The notes beneath the pieces were generated by a model that was not told the origin of the DNA, did not search any database, and was given only the letters and a program-made list of their open reading frames with translations. Shown here piece by piece: positions 41,917-50,950 of a stretch of 64,000 nucleotides of DNA (position 1 is the stretch's first letter; every line of letters starts with the position of its first letter). This DNA comes from a virus (taxonomy: Duplodnaviria > Caudoviricetes), in IMG/VR virus record IMGVR_UViG_3300027715_000146, positions 2,569 to 66,568 of that record. One strand, written 5' to 3'. The position numbers and the translations under genes were made by a program.

Positions 41917-42640
41917 ATGCCACGGGGTCGGCAAATACCTCAGCTGCCAACCGTGCCTGATTCATGGTCAGGATGATGCCATCTTTCGATATTACGTCTT
42001 TTACGCATTGGTTCTTTGCATATTTTGAGCAGTTTCCACGGATATCACAATCCCCTGATTTCGGATCGAAGTAACTACACTCCGGGAATTTGTCACCGAT
42101 GGTAAACCCGCGTATTGCCCGGTGACTCCATCCATACCATTTATTGTTCCGGGGAGAGAACCCGACATGCACGGTATACGACTCCCCGTCATCCGGAGTG
42201 CTCCAGTAATCAGTGATACCGTAGGTCGAATAGAGGTGCCAGACATGTTCGAACGTACTTGCAGACCGGTTCGTGATGGATTTAAACCCACCCCATGAGA
42301 CTCCATCTGGTGCCGCATTCCAGTCTTCATCGGTAACGAGCGCCTTGACGGTGAATCGGTTATCATCACCAGCACATTCATGCATCACCGGAAACAGGTT
42401 TGTATTTCTCCGGATCTCCTCTACCAGTCCCCGTCTATAGGTTTCACTTGCCGGTCGCCCACCGCCCCGATATCGCTTATCGTACCACATGAATGCGTAG
42501 GTAGTGAATGGAATTCGAAATAAGACGCTGTTGAATTCATAAATATAATCTGAATACTCAGTACCTGCAAGATAGATAGATCCAAACCGGATCTGGTTAC
42601 CTAAAGTGACATATATACTCTGTTTTGGACGTAATCCCAT
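41915..42640 (-). CDS. Hypothetical viral protein
   Basis: 241-aa ORF containing KWYGWSHRAIRGF; function unknown. Confidence 0.6.
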   Translation of the reverse strand: MGLRPKQSIYVTLGNQIRFGSIYLAGTEYSDYIYEFNSVLFRIPFTTYAFMWYDKRYRGGGRPASETYRRGLVEEIRRNTNLFPVMHECAGDDNRFTVKALVTDEDWNAAPDGVSWGGFKSITNRSASTFEHVWHLYSTYGITDYWSTPDDGESYTVHVGFSPRNNKWYGWSHRAIRGFTIGDKFPECSYFDPKSGDCDIRGNCSKYAKNQCVKDVISKDGIILTMNQARLAAEVFADPVA

Positions 42641-42694
42641 ATGTATTCTTCAGTATCCGGAAGATTTATACATGTTTATACAAAATAATACTCT

Positions 42695-43486
42695 ATGGGA
42701 TATGTGAAAAATCCAAAACTTGAGGGTACCTCGATATGGGACTGCCGCCCTCAGGCCGGACTATGTAAAAATTGGTGCAATCAATGTTTCTATAACCGCC
42801 CCGGTGCATTTTACTGTGATATTAATGAGCCAAATATTCCGGATCCTGCCGACGTGGGGAATGGTATTGTTCGGATGAACTGCGGTCATGACTCTAATAT
42901 CCAGAAAGATCTGGTATTGACAATCGCAAACCGGTATAAAGAGGTGTTTTTCAATACCAGTATTCAGAACCTTGATTTCCCCGGTCCGGTAGTATTGACT
43001 ATCAACCCACAGGAAGAAGAAGTGTGGGATCTGGATAAAGGACTGATCGCTCATAGGAAACTGATTCCGAACCTGATGTTCATTCGCGTCAGGGTATCTG
43101 TTACGAATATGAGTAAACCTGCCTTTTTTATGGATGTTTTTACAAAACGTTGGAACGTCCCGGTGGTGCTCACCCCAATGGCATATTATGACCACCATCC
43201 TCCCGGAACATATATCAGATCCGACGGACATGCCTATCTTACGGAAGAGTATGCTTCCCTATTAGAGGCCGATCAACCGGCATATGTCTGGAAAGTCCGG
43301 CATATCAATTCGTACTGGTGCCCTACCCCGGAACTGCTTAAAGCGTTCGTAGGATCATATATCACCGGGAACAATAAAATGATCCACCTCTGCGGGACAG
43401 CAGACTCCGGTTGGTGTAAAGATTGTGGACTATGTGAGCACTTCTATTGGATCACCAAGAAGACCATGCTGATGAACACCTATTAG
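42695..43486 (+). CDS. Radical-SAM-like Fe-S protein of unknown function
   Basis: N-terminal CKNWCNQCFY (CxxxCxxC); C-terminal C..C..C cluster. Confidence 0.55.
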   Translation: MGYVKNPKLEGTSIWDCRPQAGLCKNWCNQCFYNRPGAFYCDINEPNIPDPADVGNGIVRMNCGHDSNIQKDLVLTIANRYKEVFFNTSIQNLDFPGPVVLTINPQEEEVWDLDKGLIAHRKLIPNLMFIRVRVSVTNMSKPAFFMDVFTKRWNVPVVLTPMAYYDHHPPGTYIRSDGHAYLTEEYASLLEADQPAYVWKVRHINSYWCPTPELLKAFVGSYITGNNKMIHLCGTADSGWCKDCGLCEHFYWITKKTMLMNTY

Positions 43487-43497
43487 TGAGAGATACC

Positions 43498-43848
43498 ATG
43501 TTAGCCATATTGAAAGATTGTACTGTGCACCACGGGAAACACCGTCCTGATTTATCCAATGCATCCGGTTTTGTTGACATAGAAATCACCCATTCAATCA
43601 ATAAAACCGTTATACTCATCAAAAAGAGTTTGGAGTCGGGGAAACATCAAGAATGTGAGATCACCTCTCAGCAAACTAACATTGAACAGGTATGCATCTA
43701 TCATTATACCCAAGGGGTCTGGGTATCTTGTCAGGATGTTAAACACGCTACTAGAATTATCAGAATCAACCCTGCTACCGGTCTTGAACTATCGGAGAGT
43801 GAAAATATGTTTTTCGTGTCTATAGGTGAACTATCAGAACAAAATTAG
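43498..43848 (+). CDS. Hypothetical protein, paralog of 43874..44275
   Basis: Shared I..V/L.IYHY and L.E.E..F.VSIG. Confidence 0.55.
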   Translation: MLAILKDCTVHHGKHRPDLSNASGFVDIEITHSINKTVILIKKSLESGKHQECEITSQQTNIEQVCIYHYTQGVWVSCQDVKHATRIIRINPATGLELSESENMFFVSIGELSEQN

Positions 43849-43873
43849 TTCTGATATCTTTTGAAGGTGTGAT

Positions 43874-44275
43874 ATGTTTATTATAAAGAAAGAGTCTCAA
43901 GAAACAGATGAATATCATCCGTATACCTCATACACCGACGGTCTTGATAAGAAACTTGTCCCGGACGATAATAAAACCACCCCGTTATATGCGAAATACG
44001 TATCCTGTGAAGGAGAATACGTCACAATTGAAGCGAGAATCAACGCTGGTGTAGTTACCATCATAATTACATCCCCCGGAGCAAAATATCAGGAAGAGAT
44101 CAATTCCCGGGAATTCATTAAAAAGCTGATAATCTACCATTATGATAAAGATAAAATCATATCAGTACTTAAAATAGAGGGGACTGGTCGTATGCAAACC
44201 ATAGATCTCCCCGTATCCACCCCTATATCACTCCATGAGATGGAAAGCCAGTTTATCGTCTCTATTGGACGATAA
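43874..44275 (+). CDS. Hypothetical protein, paralog of 43498..43848
   Basis: See paralog; GAAGGTG upstream. Confidence 0.55.
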   Translation: MFIIKKESQETDEYHPYTSYTDGLDKKLVPDDNKTTPLYAKYVSCEGEYVTIEARINAGVVTIIITSPGAKYQEEINSREFIKKLIIYHYDKDKIISVLKIEGTGRMQTIDLPVSTPISLHEMESQFIVSIGR

Positions 44276-44289
44276 CCTTTATCTCTTTT
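44274..44289 (+). promoter_or_regulatory. AACCTTTATCTCTTTT promoter-like motif
   Basis: ATG at 44308. Confidence 0.55.
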
Positions 44290-44307
44290 TACTACAAATT
44301 AAATATC

Positions 44308-44487
44308 ATGCGTCCGGTAGATATGTTATTTCCAAAATGCACAGGATTAAGATCTGAATATATTTGTCCGATGTGTAAAAAGCCTGTAGATACCAAATCA
44401 TTTACTGATGAACTATCCAAAACAGAGTTCACATTATCAGGACTCTGTCAGCAATGCCAAGATAAGGTGTTTAAATATGAAGAATAA
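44308..44487 (+). CDS. Small Zn-finger protein (CPMC...LSGLCQQCQD)
   Basis: 59 aa with two CxxC pairs; overlaps the HNH start. Confidence 0.65.
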   Translation: MRPVDMLFPKCTGLRSEYICPMCKKPVDTKSFTDELSKTEFTLSGLCQQCQDKVFKYEE

Positions 44488-45148
44488 ATGCCGGATTTGT
44501 GGGAAACCCGTCACCAAAGTTGAGTACAATGGGTTATGCAAAACCCATGCTCTTCGAAAAAAGCAATTCGGAAACCCGTATCTCTACAACGCCAAACAGT
44601 CATCATCGACATACTGGGTGTTAATTGATGAACGCCTTAAGTCCGGGGAAACATCCATCACCAAGCGAGGAAGAGCATACGCTCTTGCGGATATTGAATT
44701 CATCACTCCGGATATGATTCAGGCGGGGAAGCTGCTAAAAGATACCAGTCGGTATGAACGGTTTCCGAAACCGTATCCCGCTGAAGAGGTATTATCCAAA
44801 GTGATCCTTGATATGGATAAGAAGACCGCTGATAAATTCGGCATGGTGGATTTCGATGGTAATATGGTGAATATGGCATCTGATCGGTATAAATGTTTTA
44901 AAGTGAACGGGTGCTCCTGCGTTGCATGCGGTCTGACAGGGACGCATTTCTATCTGGAACGCACTTCCCCCGATATCCGGTTCCATTTCAACCTCTATGC
45001 CATTGATGAATCCGGTCAGGAGAGAATGATCACAAAAGATCATATCGTTCCTAAATCCAAAGGGGGGAAAGACACCATAGACAATTATCAGACCATGTGC
45101 AAGGAGTGTAACGAACGAAAGGGGAATCTGATGGAAACATTTATATAA
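44477..45148 (+). CDS. HNH endonuclease
   Basis: TKDHIVPKSKGG....NYQTMCKECNERKGN; CVAC; N-terminal CRIC..LCKTH. ATG 44477 preferred. Confidence 0.85.
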   Translation: MKNKCRICGKPVTKVEYNGLCKTHALRKKQFGNPYLYNAKQSSSTYWVLIDERLKSGETSITKRGRAYALADIEFITPDMIQAGKLLKDTSRYERFPKPYPAEEVLSKVILDMDKKTADKFGMVDFDGNMVNMASDRYKCFKVNGCSCVACGLTGTHFYLERTSPDIRFHFNLYAIDESGQERMITKDHIVPKSKGGKDTIDNYQTMCKECNERKGNLMETFI

Positions 45149-45264
45149 TTACTCAAACAACGTATATTTTGTAGTTTTACCTGATGGAAACTACCTCCAT
45201 GGTCGGCCGGAGTTGTGGCATCAGGACAGCCTGACGAGGTTGCAACCTCTGAAGGATTCCCTGT

Positions 45265-45349
45265 GGTGAGATGGTAGAGTGGTCGATTACACTGGTCTTG
45301 AAAACCAGCGGATTGAAAGATTCCAGAGGTTCAAATCCTCTTCTCACCG
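45265..45349 (+). tRNA. tRNA-Ser(UGA), no encoded CCA
   Basis: Acceptor GGTGAGA/TCTCACC; anticodon arm CTGGT-CTTGAAA-ACCAG; long variable arm; TTCAAAT T loop; G73. Confidence 0.92.
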
Positions 45350-45367
45350 TCCCGTAGGTGAAAAGAA

Positions 45368-45523
45368 ATGCTAACAGAAGCAGAAAAGCGAAAGCGTAAA
45401 CTTGCAGAATCATCAGTTCCGGATATGGGTTACATTGGAACCGCCAGTCTTGGAGCCAGTGACTGTGGAACACATTCATGTGGCTGTGATTCATGCGGAT
45501 GTGATGGTTCCGGAGGGTGTTAA
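45368..45523 (+). CDS. 51-aa peptide with six C-terminal cysteines
   Basis: AGGTG RBS; MLTEAEKRKRK...DCGTHSCGCDSCGCDGSGGC. Confidence 0.55.
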   Translation: MLTEAEKRKRKLAESSVPDMGYIGTASLGASDCGTHSCGCDSCGCDGSGGC

Positions 45524-45536
45524 ACCCTCATTTTCA

Positions 45537-45624
45537 GCCAGTGTAGCCTAGTGGCAAAGGCACCTGTCTTGTATCAGCAATGCAAGATAACAGGAGATCG
45601 TGAGTTCAATCCTCACCGCTGGCT
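45537..45624 (+). tRNA. tRNA-Thr(UGU) with 15-nt canonical 37/38 intron (45574-45588)
   Basis: Acceptor GCCAGTG/CGCTGGC. BHB motif: CTTG/CAAG central helix with TA^T and AT^A bulges. U73. Confidence 0.9.
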
Positions 45625-45695
45625 CTTCCATCGGCGATCCATTGCGTACGAATGGTGAGGTGGTGGGCGGCAAAGGAGTAATTACCCTTGCCTTA

Positions 45696-45764
45696 ATCGG
45701 GGTAGTGTAGTTGGGCCTATCATGGAGTGATCCTCTGACACGGGTTCAAATCCCGTTCCCGATA
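45696..45764 (+). ncRNA. tRNA-like RNA with collapsed anticodon arm (Gln-like body)
   Basis: Acceptor ATCGGGG/TCCCGAT, D arm and T arm ACGGG-TTCAAAT-CCCGT are intact. The anticodon arm is only GAG-TGATC-CTC (11 nt). Confidence 0.75.
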
Positions 45765-45772
45765 TCTCGCAT

Positions 45773-45855
45773 GTCACGGTATGCAAGTGGTATGCAGCAC
45801 CGTTGGAAACGGTGTGTCCAGAAATGGATCGTAGGTTCAATCCCTACCCGTGACG
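45773..45855 (+). tRNA. tRNA-Ser(GGA), no encoded CCA
   Basis: Acceptor GTCACGG/CCGTGAC; CACCG-TTGGAAA-CGGTG; long variable arm; G73. Confidence 0.88.
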
Positions 45856-45862
45856 TATTGAA

Positions 45863-45878
45863 AACCTTTATCTCTTTT
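45863..45878 (+). promoter_or_regulatory. AACCTTTATCTCTTTT promoter-like motif upstream of rtcB
   Basis: ATG at 45898. Confidence 0.55.
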
Positions 45879-45897
45879 CTCATCATACTATCAGTAA

Positions 45898-47103
45898 ATG
45901 ATATCGATCACTGGTAAATACGCAAATGCGGATATCTTTACGGATCAGGTAGAAGATGATGCAATAGCACAGATTACTGATTTATGTAATAATGTTGCAT
46001 CGGAGGGGAGTGCCATCAAGATCATGCCCGATGTGCACCCGGGGAATGGATGCACGATTGGCACAACCATGACCATTACTGACCGGGTTGTACCGAATCT
46101 GGTAGGAGTTGACATATCCTGCGGCATTTTATGCACCTGTCTTGGGGAAGTAGAGATTGATCTCCCCCGACTGGATCATCAGATTAAACGCTCAATCCCA
46201 TCCGGATTTTATAGTCGGAAAACCGTTCACTCCCGGGCCGATAATGTGGATCTCACCGAACTCCGGTGTGCTGAAAAACTCACCAAACCGATTGATTCTG
46301 CAAGATATCAATTAGGAACGCTCGGAGGAGGGAATCATTTCATTTCCATCGAGGAAAACGAATTAGGAGTGAAATACTTGCTTATTCACTCTGGATCCCG
46401 GAACATTGGGAAACAGGTTGCTGAATATTATCAGAAACTTGCTATCGACGAATGCCGCAAAAACACCGACGTAATGCGGGCCGAAATCATCCGGACAAAT
46501 AAAGAGAACGGTACTCCGGATCTTATCCAATCACAGTTGGATGCCATGCCTCGATTAGTTGAAGATCTGGCATACTTACACCGGGAGAGCCAATCATTCC
46601 ACGACTACCTGCATGATATGACTATCATGTCACGCTACGCTGCATTGAACCGGAATATCATCGCCGAAGAGATCATCCGGAATACTCCTGAACTGACTGG
46701 AAGTACTTACGACTGGTTCCAAACAGTACATAATTACATTGATCCCGCCACGATGACCCTTCGAAAAGGAGCAATTTCTGCACAAGAAGGGGAAATGGTA
46801 ACCATCCCGATGAATATGCGGGACGGGAGTATCATTGCAGTTGGTAAAGGGAACCCGGACTGGAACTACTCAGCTCCGCATGGAGCTGGTCGGATCATGG
46901 GAAGGAGAGAAGCAAAACGTATTCTTGATTTCGAAACCTTCCGACAAAGTATGCAGGGAATATACTCTTCATCCGTATTTCCCGGAACCATCGATGAATC
47001 TCCTATGGTCTACAAACCAATGGAAGATATTTTGAAATATATCGGGGATACTGTCGAAATACAGTCAATCATCAAACCGGTATATAATTTCAAAGCACAA
47101 TAA
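45898..47103 (+). CDS. rtcB: RtcB RNA ligase
   Basis: MPDVH, VGVDISCG, GTLGGGNHF, HSGSR, HNYI, RKGA, SAPHGAGR, DESPMVYK. Confidence 0.95.
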   Translation: MISITGKYANADIFTDQVEDDAIAQITDLCNNVASEGSAIKIMPDVHPGNGCTIGTTMTITDRVVPNLVGVDISCGILCTCLGEVEIDLPRLDHQIKRSIPSGFYSRKTVHSRADNVDLTELRCAEKLTKPIDSARYQLGTLGGGNHFISIEENELGVKYLLIHSGSRNIGKQVAEYYQKLAIDECRKNTDVMRAEIIRTNKENGTPDLIQSQLDAMPRLVEDLAYLHRESQSFHDYLHDMTIMSRYAALNRNIIAEEIIRNTPELTGSTYDWFQTVHNYIDPATMTLRKGAISAQEGEMVTIPMNMRDGSIIAVGKGNPDWNYSAPHGAGRIMGRREAKRILDFETFRQSMQGIYSSSVFPGTIDESPMVYKPMEDILKYIGDTVEIQSIIKPVYNFKAQ

Positions 47104-47133
47104 ATTAATACTCTTTTTTACAATACTTAGTAT

Positions 47134-48141
47134 ATGAGAAAACTTGCATCTGTGCAAGAGATCATCTCCGTGGAACATCATCCGGACGCTGATCGACTTG
47201 ATATCGTAACGGTATTAGGATGGCATTGTATCACCGGTCGCGACGAATTCAAACCCGGTGATAAGTGTGTGTATTTTGAGATCGACTCACTTCTCCCACC
47301 CGGTAACCCGGTATTTGAGTTCTGTGCACGGTATCAGTATCGCATTCGTACCCAGAGACTCCGGGGCATCATCAGTCAGGGGTTATGCATGCCTGCATCA
47401 GTGTTCAACATGGAAAACCTTCCGATTGATTCTGATGTGACGGATCTCATCGGAGTGACGAAGTATGATCCACCGGTACCCACCTGTCTTGATGGGGTAG
47501 CCAGAGGACATTTCCCGTCATCGATACCTAAAACCGATGAGACCCGGGTACAGAACCTACAGGATATGCTGAACCGGCACGTCGGACTACCCTGTATCAT
47601 CACTGAGAAGCTTGACGGGACCAGCGTTACCATTTATCTCCGGGATGGGGTATTCGGTGCTTGCTCCCGGAACCTTGATCTGATTGAAGATGAAAACAAC
47701 GCCATCTGGCAAGCGGTCCGGGATAAGAATTATGAGCAGGTGCTCCGGGGCATATATGAGATGTCAGGTATTGAACTCGCCTTACAGGGAGAGTTAATCG
47801 GCCCCGGTATTGCAGAGAACCGATACAAACTCGAAAAACGGGATATCTATCTGTTCAACATATTTGATATCACCAATCAGGCGTATTTCATCACTTCCAA
47901 TGTGGAGTATTTCTGCATCACGAATCACTACCACATGGTCCCCATCATCAGTAAAGAGTTTACCCTTACCAATGACATCGATTCACTGGTATCCCTATCC
48001 AATGGAGTGTCAGAACTGAATCCGAAAGTGAAGCGGGAAGGTATTGTGATCCGCCCTCATGAGGAGATGTATGATATCGCCGTAGGACGACTCTCCTTCA
48101 AAGTGGTAAGTCCGGAATATCTACTGAAGCACAATGATTAA
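47134..48141 (+). CDS. ATP-dependent RNA ligase, DRB0094/Rnl family
   Basis: MRKLAS...I..H.DAD.L, YFEIDS, LRG.ISQGL, KTDE.R.QN, TEKLDGTS, QGE..GPGI, REGIV, SFKV.S. Confidence 0.88.
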   Translation: MRKLASVQEIISVEHHPDADRLDIVTVLGWHCITGRDEFKPGDKCVYFEIDSLLPPGNPVFEFCARYQYRIRTQRLRGIISQGLCMPASVFNMENLPIDSDVTDLIGVTKYDPPVPTCLDGVARGHFPSSIPKTDETRVQNLQDMLNRHVGLPCIITEKLDGTSVTIYLRDGVFGACSRNLDLIEDENNAIWQAVRDKNYEQVLRGIYEMSGIELALQGELIGPGIAENRYKLEKRDIYLFNIFDITNQAYFITSNVEYFCITNHYHMVPIISKEFTLTNDIDSLVSLSNGVSELNPKVKREGIVIRPHEEMYDIAVGRLSFKVVSPEYLLKHND

Positions 48142-48313
48142 GTATACGGAAGAAGCACTCGAATCATTAGTCGGTCTCACGGTCCCGGTAACAAAAGACG
48201 GGGTTGAGATCGGCACGGCAACGGTAAAACGTTGCAATAAAGGTAAAAAGGGTGTGTTATGTGCTGATATCTTCATTCCGGGTCATGATACGATAGAATC
48301 ACAGATTCTCTAA
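48134..48313 (+). CDS. 59-aa hypothetical protein
   Basis: ATG overlaps the ligase end; fills the gap. Confidence 0.45.
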   Translation: MIKYTEEALESLVGLTVPVTKDGVEIGTATVKRCNKGKKGVLCADIFIPGHDTIESQIL

Positions 48314-48562
48314 ATACTCTTTTATTTTCCCGGATAATGATTCTGCAAGAATAGGATTATTAACAATCTTTTCTGACATTACCGTTTGTTCAGGAGTGAG
48401 ATCTTGTACAAATATCCGGATCATACCATACGGATCAGTATGTAATATCTTGCAATTTTCAGAACAATATCCGTCTTCATGATATTCAACATACCCGCAA
48501 CAACCCCAATCATAATGGAATCGATCCCCGCAAAAAATACAAGTTTTATTCAAAAAACTCAT
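48299..48562 (-). CDS. Small Cys-rich hypothetical protein
   Basis: CIFC...CC...YCSENC. Confidence 0.5.
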   Translation of the reverse strand: MSFLNKTCIFCGDRFHYDWGCCGYVEYHEDGYCSENCKILHTDPYGMIRIFVQDLTPEQTVMSEKIVNNPILAESLSGKIKEYLENL

Positions 48563-48855
48563 TCAAGTCCCATACCTTTTAGCGTATCCTGACTGAGTAG
48601 GGACAAGTCCCTTACCATGATCATTGCTGCCGGGATGGTAGCCTTTTCATTGAATCCGAAGATATTGAGCAGGTTATCTGTCTTGAAAATATATCCGGAT
48701 ACGGTGAGTGGGATCTTATACCATGGCCTCTTTTTTGATGGGGATAATGCTTCCCCATCAACGGCTGTGGATATAATGAACGCCTTCACCCCGTTCTTCT
48801 CTGCCTTGTCGATATATTCATGCATTTCAGCCGGAGTCAAGGCATATTCACTCAT
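48559..48855 (-). CDS. Hypothetical protein
   Basis: Coupled to neighbours in the minus-strand operon. Confidence 0.55.
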   Translation of the reverse strand: MSEYALTPAEMHEYIDKAEKNGVKAFIISTAVDGEALSPSKKRPWYKIPLTVSGYIFKTDNLLNIFGFNEKATIPAAMIMVRDLSLLSQDTLKGMGLE

Positions 48856-49615
48856 TGTCCGCTCCTTTGAATATCATCGGTGCTCCATCAAATATGACAT
48901 CAACTGCATTCTCCAATGCATATAACCGGTCCGGGAAGTTGTCAACGATCTCATACACCCACTTTACCCGGCCATCCAGTTGCTTCATGGCCTTTTTGAT
49001 ATACACACCCTGTTTATACTGCCTTGGTAAATCATTCCAGTTGGATCCTGCCGCAATGATCATATCATGCAACTGAGGCATCTTCTTCCCCTCAAGATCC
49101 CGGTGCCGGTATAGGGATCTCGCTAGCATCTGCACCGAGTTCTTCAATGCATCGTTTCCTCTCCAGATTAATGCATTAACCGCTTCGGTTTTTGTAGGAA
49201 CCTGAAATGCCCGGCAATCAAATATCCCAAACGCCGGTCGCCCTTTATCCACATTGTAGTCACCCATACAATTGTTGAAATAGGCAGTAGCCATGGATGA
49301 TAATGATGATATGATCTTGTGGTGTTTTCCATCAAAGTAGATTGGCGACTCGATATTATCAGAATATAACACCAAGGTGATCTCATCAGACTGGGTATAT
49401 GCAATAACCGCCTGCGTCTCATGCGCAAGATACGATGCAGTCATTTTCATTGCAATGGCAAAAGTGGCATCAAACGGCCGGTCAAATGACTTCGTATACG
49501 TGTGAAATGATTTTCCATCGAGCCTTACAATCACGGGGAGATATGGCATGAATTTGTGACAAGTGGTCGCTGACTCATACCATTTCATCCGGTCGCCTAA
49601 ATCGTCTTTTGACAT
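48848..49615 (-). CDS. thg1: tRNA-His guanylyltransferase Thg1-like protein (3'-5' polymerase)
   Basis: DRMK.YE, RLDGKSFH, QSDEITL, FDCR, NSVQM, G..WNDLP...KQG. Start at MSKDDL. Confidence 0.9.
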   Translation of the reverse strand: MSKDDLGDRMKWYESATTCHKFMPYLPVIVRLDGKSFHTYTKSFDRPFDATFAIAMKMTASYLAHETQAVIAYTQSDEITLVLYSDNIESPIYFDGKHHKIISSLSSMATAYFNNCMGDYNVDKGRPAFGIFDCRAFQVPTKTEAVNALIWRGNDALKNSVQMLARSLYRHRDLEGKKMPQLHDMIIAAGSNWNDLPRQYKQGVYIKKAMKQLDGRVKWVYEIVDNFPDRLYALENAVDVIFDGAPMIFKGADNE

Positions 49616-49815
49616 GTTACGTCCAGAACACAATACATTTCTCCCCGGCTGACTTTTGTCTCAACCGGTAGTCGGGTTGCTTTTCTAATATCGCTCTCCG
49701 ATATCAACTTCGTTACCATTACACCGGGTAGAGCGTCAGGATAAATGATCCGGGTCTTTATTCCGGCCCGATTCATATCCTGCATAAACTGTTGTATAGC
49801 ACCGGCCTTGTCCAT
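49597..49815 (-). CDS. Hypothetical protein
   Basis: MDKAG start chosen to avoid overlap with the upstream gene. Confidence 0.4.
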   Translation of the reverse strand: MDKAGAIQQFMQDMNRAGIKTRIIYPDALPGVMVTKLISESDIRKATRLPVETKVSRGEMYCVLDVTCQKTI

Positions 49816-49850
49816 TTTACTACAAATTAATTCAGCTGCAATATATTTAA

Positions 49851-50537
49851 TTATTGCGGTACCCATGACTTGTATGCTTCTCCCATGTCGATGAGCCACC
49901 ATTTCCCGTTGATATCTCTCATAAAATCAACAGACAGGTCTAAATCTACCATACCCCATCGATACCGGAGTACATTGTAAACGGTATTGCAATAACCCCG
50001 GAGCAGATCGCTATCACTATCTGATATCTGACTGATCTGTTCAATGTAATCATCCGGGATGTGATTATTATCTACCGCGAGCCGGGTCCAATAGGGGGAG
50101 CCGTTGTCAACTACCCCATCAATGATAAAGTATCTCCGCTCAGTACCGATAGGGAGCCCATTCAATAACCGATGGGTTCCGTCTGACTGGATAAATTCGC
50201 GTATGCATATCTCTTCAACCGGTTTATCTTCCTCATATGAACTCATGATCAACTGATGCAGGTTTTGATAGAGTTCCGCATCAGTATTAATGATACACAC
50301 CCCGTCAAACTTCGCTGAGTAATATGACGTCCGCATGAAACATGGATACCCCATATCCGCACACGCCTGCCGGATCTGGGAGATCTTTTTATCGACTTTA
50401 TGACTCTCTTCGGAGAGAAACGTCATGCATTCTTTATGGGAAAATGGGATGACGATCGTCTCCGGTTGGGGAATAACCGGGGTAGATAACCGGATATTCG
50501 GATACCAGTATTCCAATGATGTCGGGTTCATCTGCAC
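49851..50537 (-). CDS. ATP-grasp-fold protein
   Basis: GYPCFMRT...SAK, IREFI, ERRYFI, SVDF, WWLIDM follow the ATP-grasp motif order. Confidence 0.55.
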   Translation of the reverse strand: MQMNPTSLEYWYPNIRLSTPVIPQPETIVIPFSHKECMTFLSEESHKVDKKISQIRQACADMGYPCFMRTSYYSAKFDGVCIINTDAELYQNLHQLIMSSYEEDKPVEEICIREFIQSDGTHRLLNGLPIGTERRYFIIDGVVDNGSPYWTRLAVDNNHIPDDYIEQISQISDSDSDLLRGYCNTVYNVLRYRWGMVDLDLSVDFMRDINGKWWLIDMGEAYKSWVPQ

Positions 50538-50923
50538 CAGCGACTCTTCAATGATTTCCGGAGATCCTTCAACCGTTCCTTTCGCTGGTCATACGCGAGA
50601 TCATTCTCATCTTTCAGCTCTTTGTATTTACCTTTGTATAGATTTGTTTCTTCCATAATCCGGTTAATCACCCGGATCTTCACACAGTCATCAACATCAT
50701 CTTCCCACCGGTAATCATGCCAGATGGACACACTCTCTTTCTTAAACCACCCGGTCTTTACAATGATGCTGATATCATTATAGCATACATCAATTCCGTC
50801 GAAAACAGGGATTTGGCAAAACGTCTCTTTCTTTTTCGGATACTTCAAATACAAATAGTCGAAGTATGCTGCAGTAAAGTTATGACATACTGATCCGACT
50901 GTTCCATTGTCTATGGAAACCAT
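50528..50923 (-). CDS. Hypothetical protein
   Basis: 131-aa ORF heading the minus-strand operon. Confidence 0.5.
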   Translation of the reverse strand: MVSIDNGTVGSVCHNFTAAYFDYLYLKYPKKKETFCQIPVFDGIDVCYNDISIIVKTGWFKKESVSIWHDYRWEDDVDDCVKIRVINRIMEETNLYKGKYKELKDENDLAYDQRKERLKDLRKSLKSRWCR

Positions 50924-50950
50924 GCTATTATATTGGGGTATTGACAGATA

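Noticed and set aside
41737-41934. 65-aa minus-strand ORF in the supplied track
   Set aside because: A different frame (41724..41882) gives a recognisable HTH with a correctly spaced promoter.
45231-45260. Hammerhead-like core CTGACGA followed by a stem
   Set aside because: The required GAAA directly after stem II and stems I/III could not be found.
45177-45917. ORFs 45177..45494 (-) and 45711..45917 (+)
   Set aside because: They run through tRNA genes; spurious.
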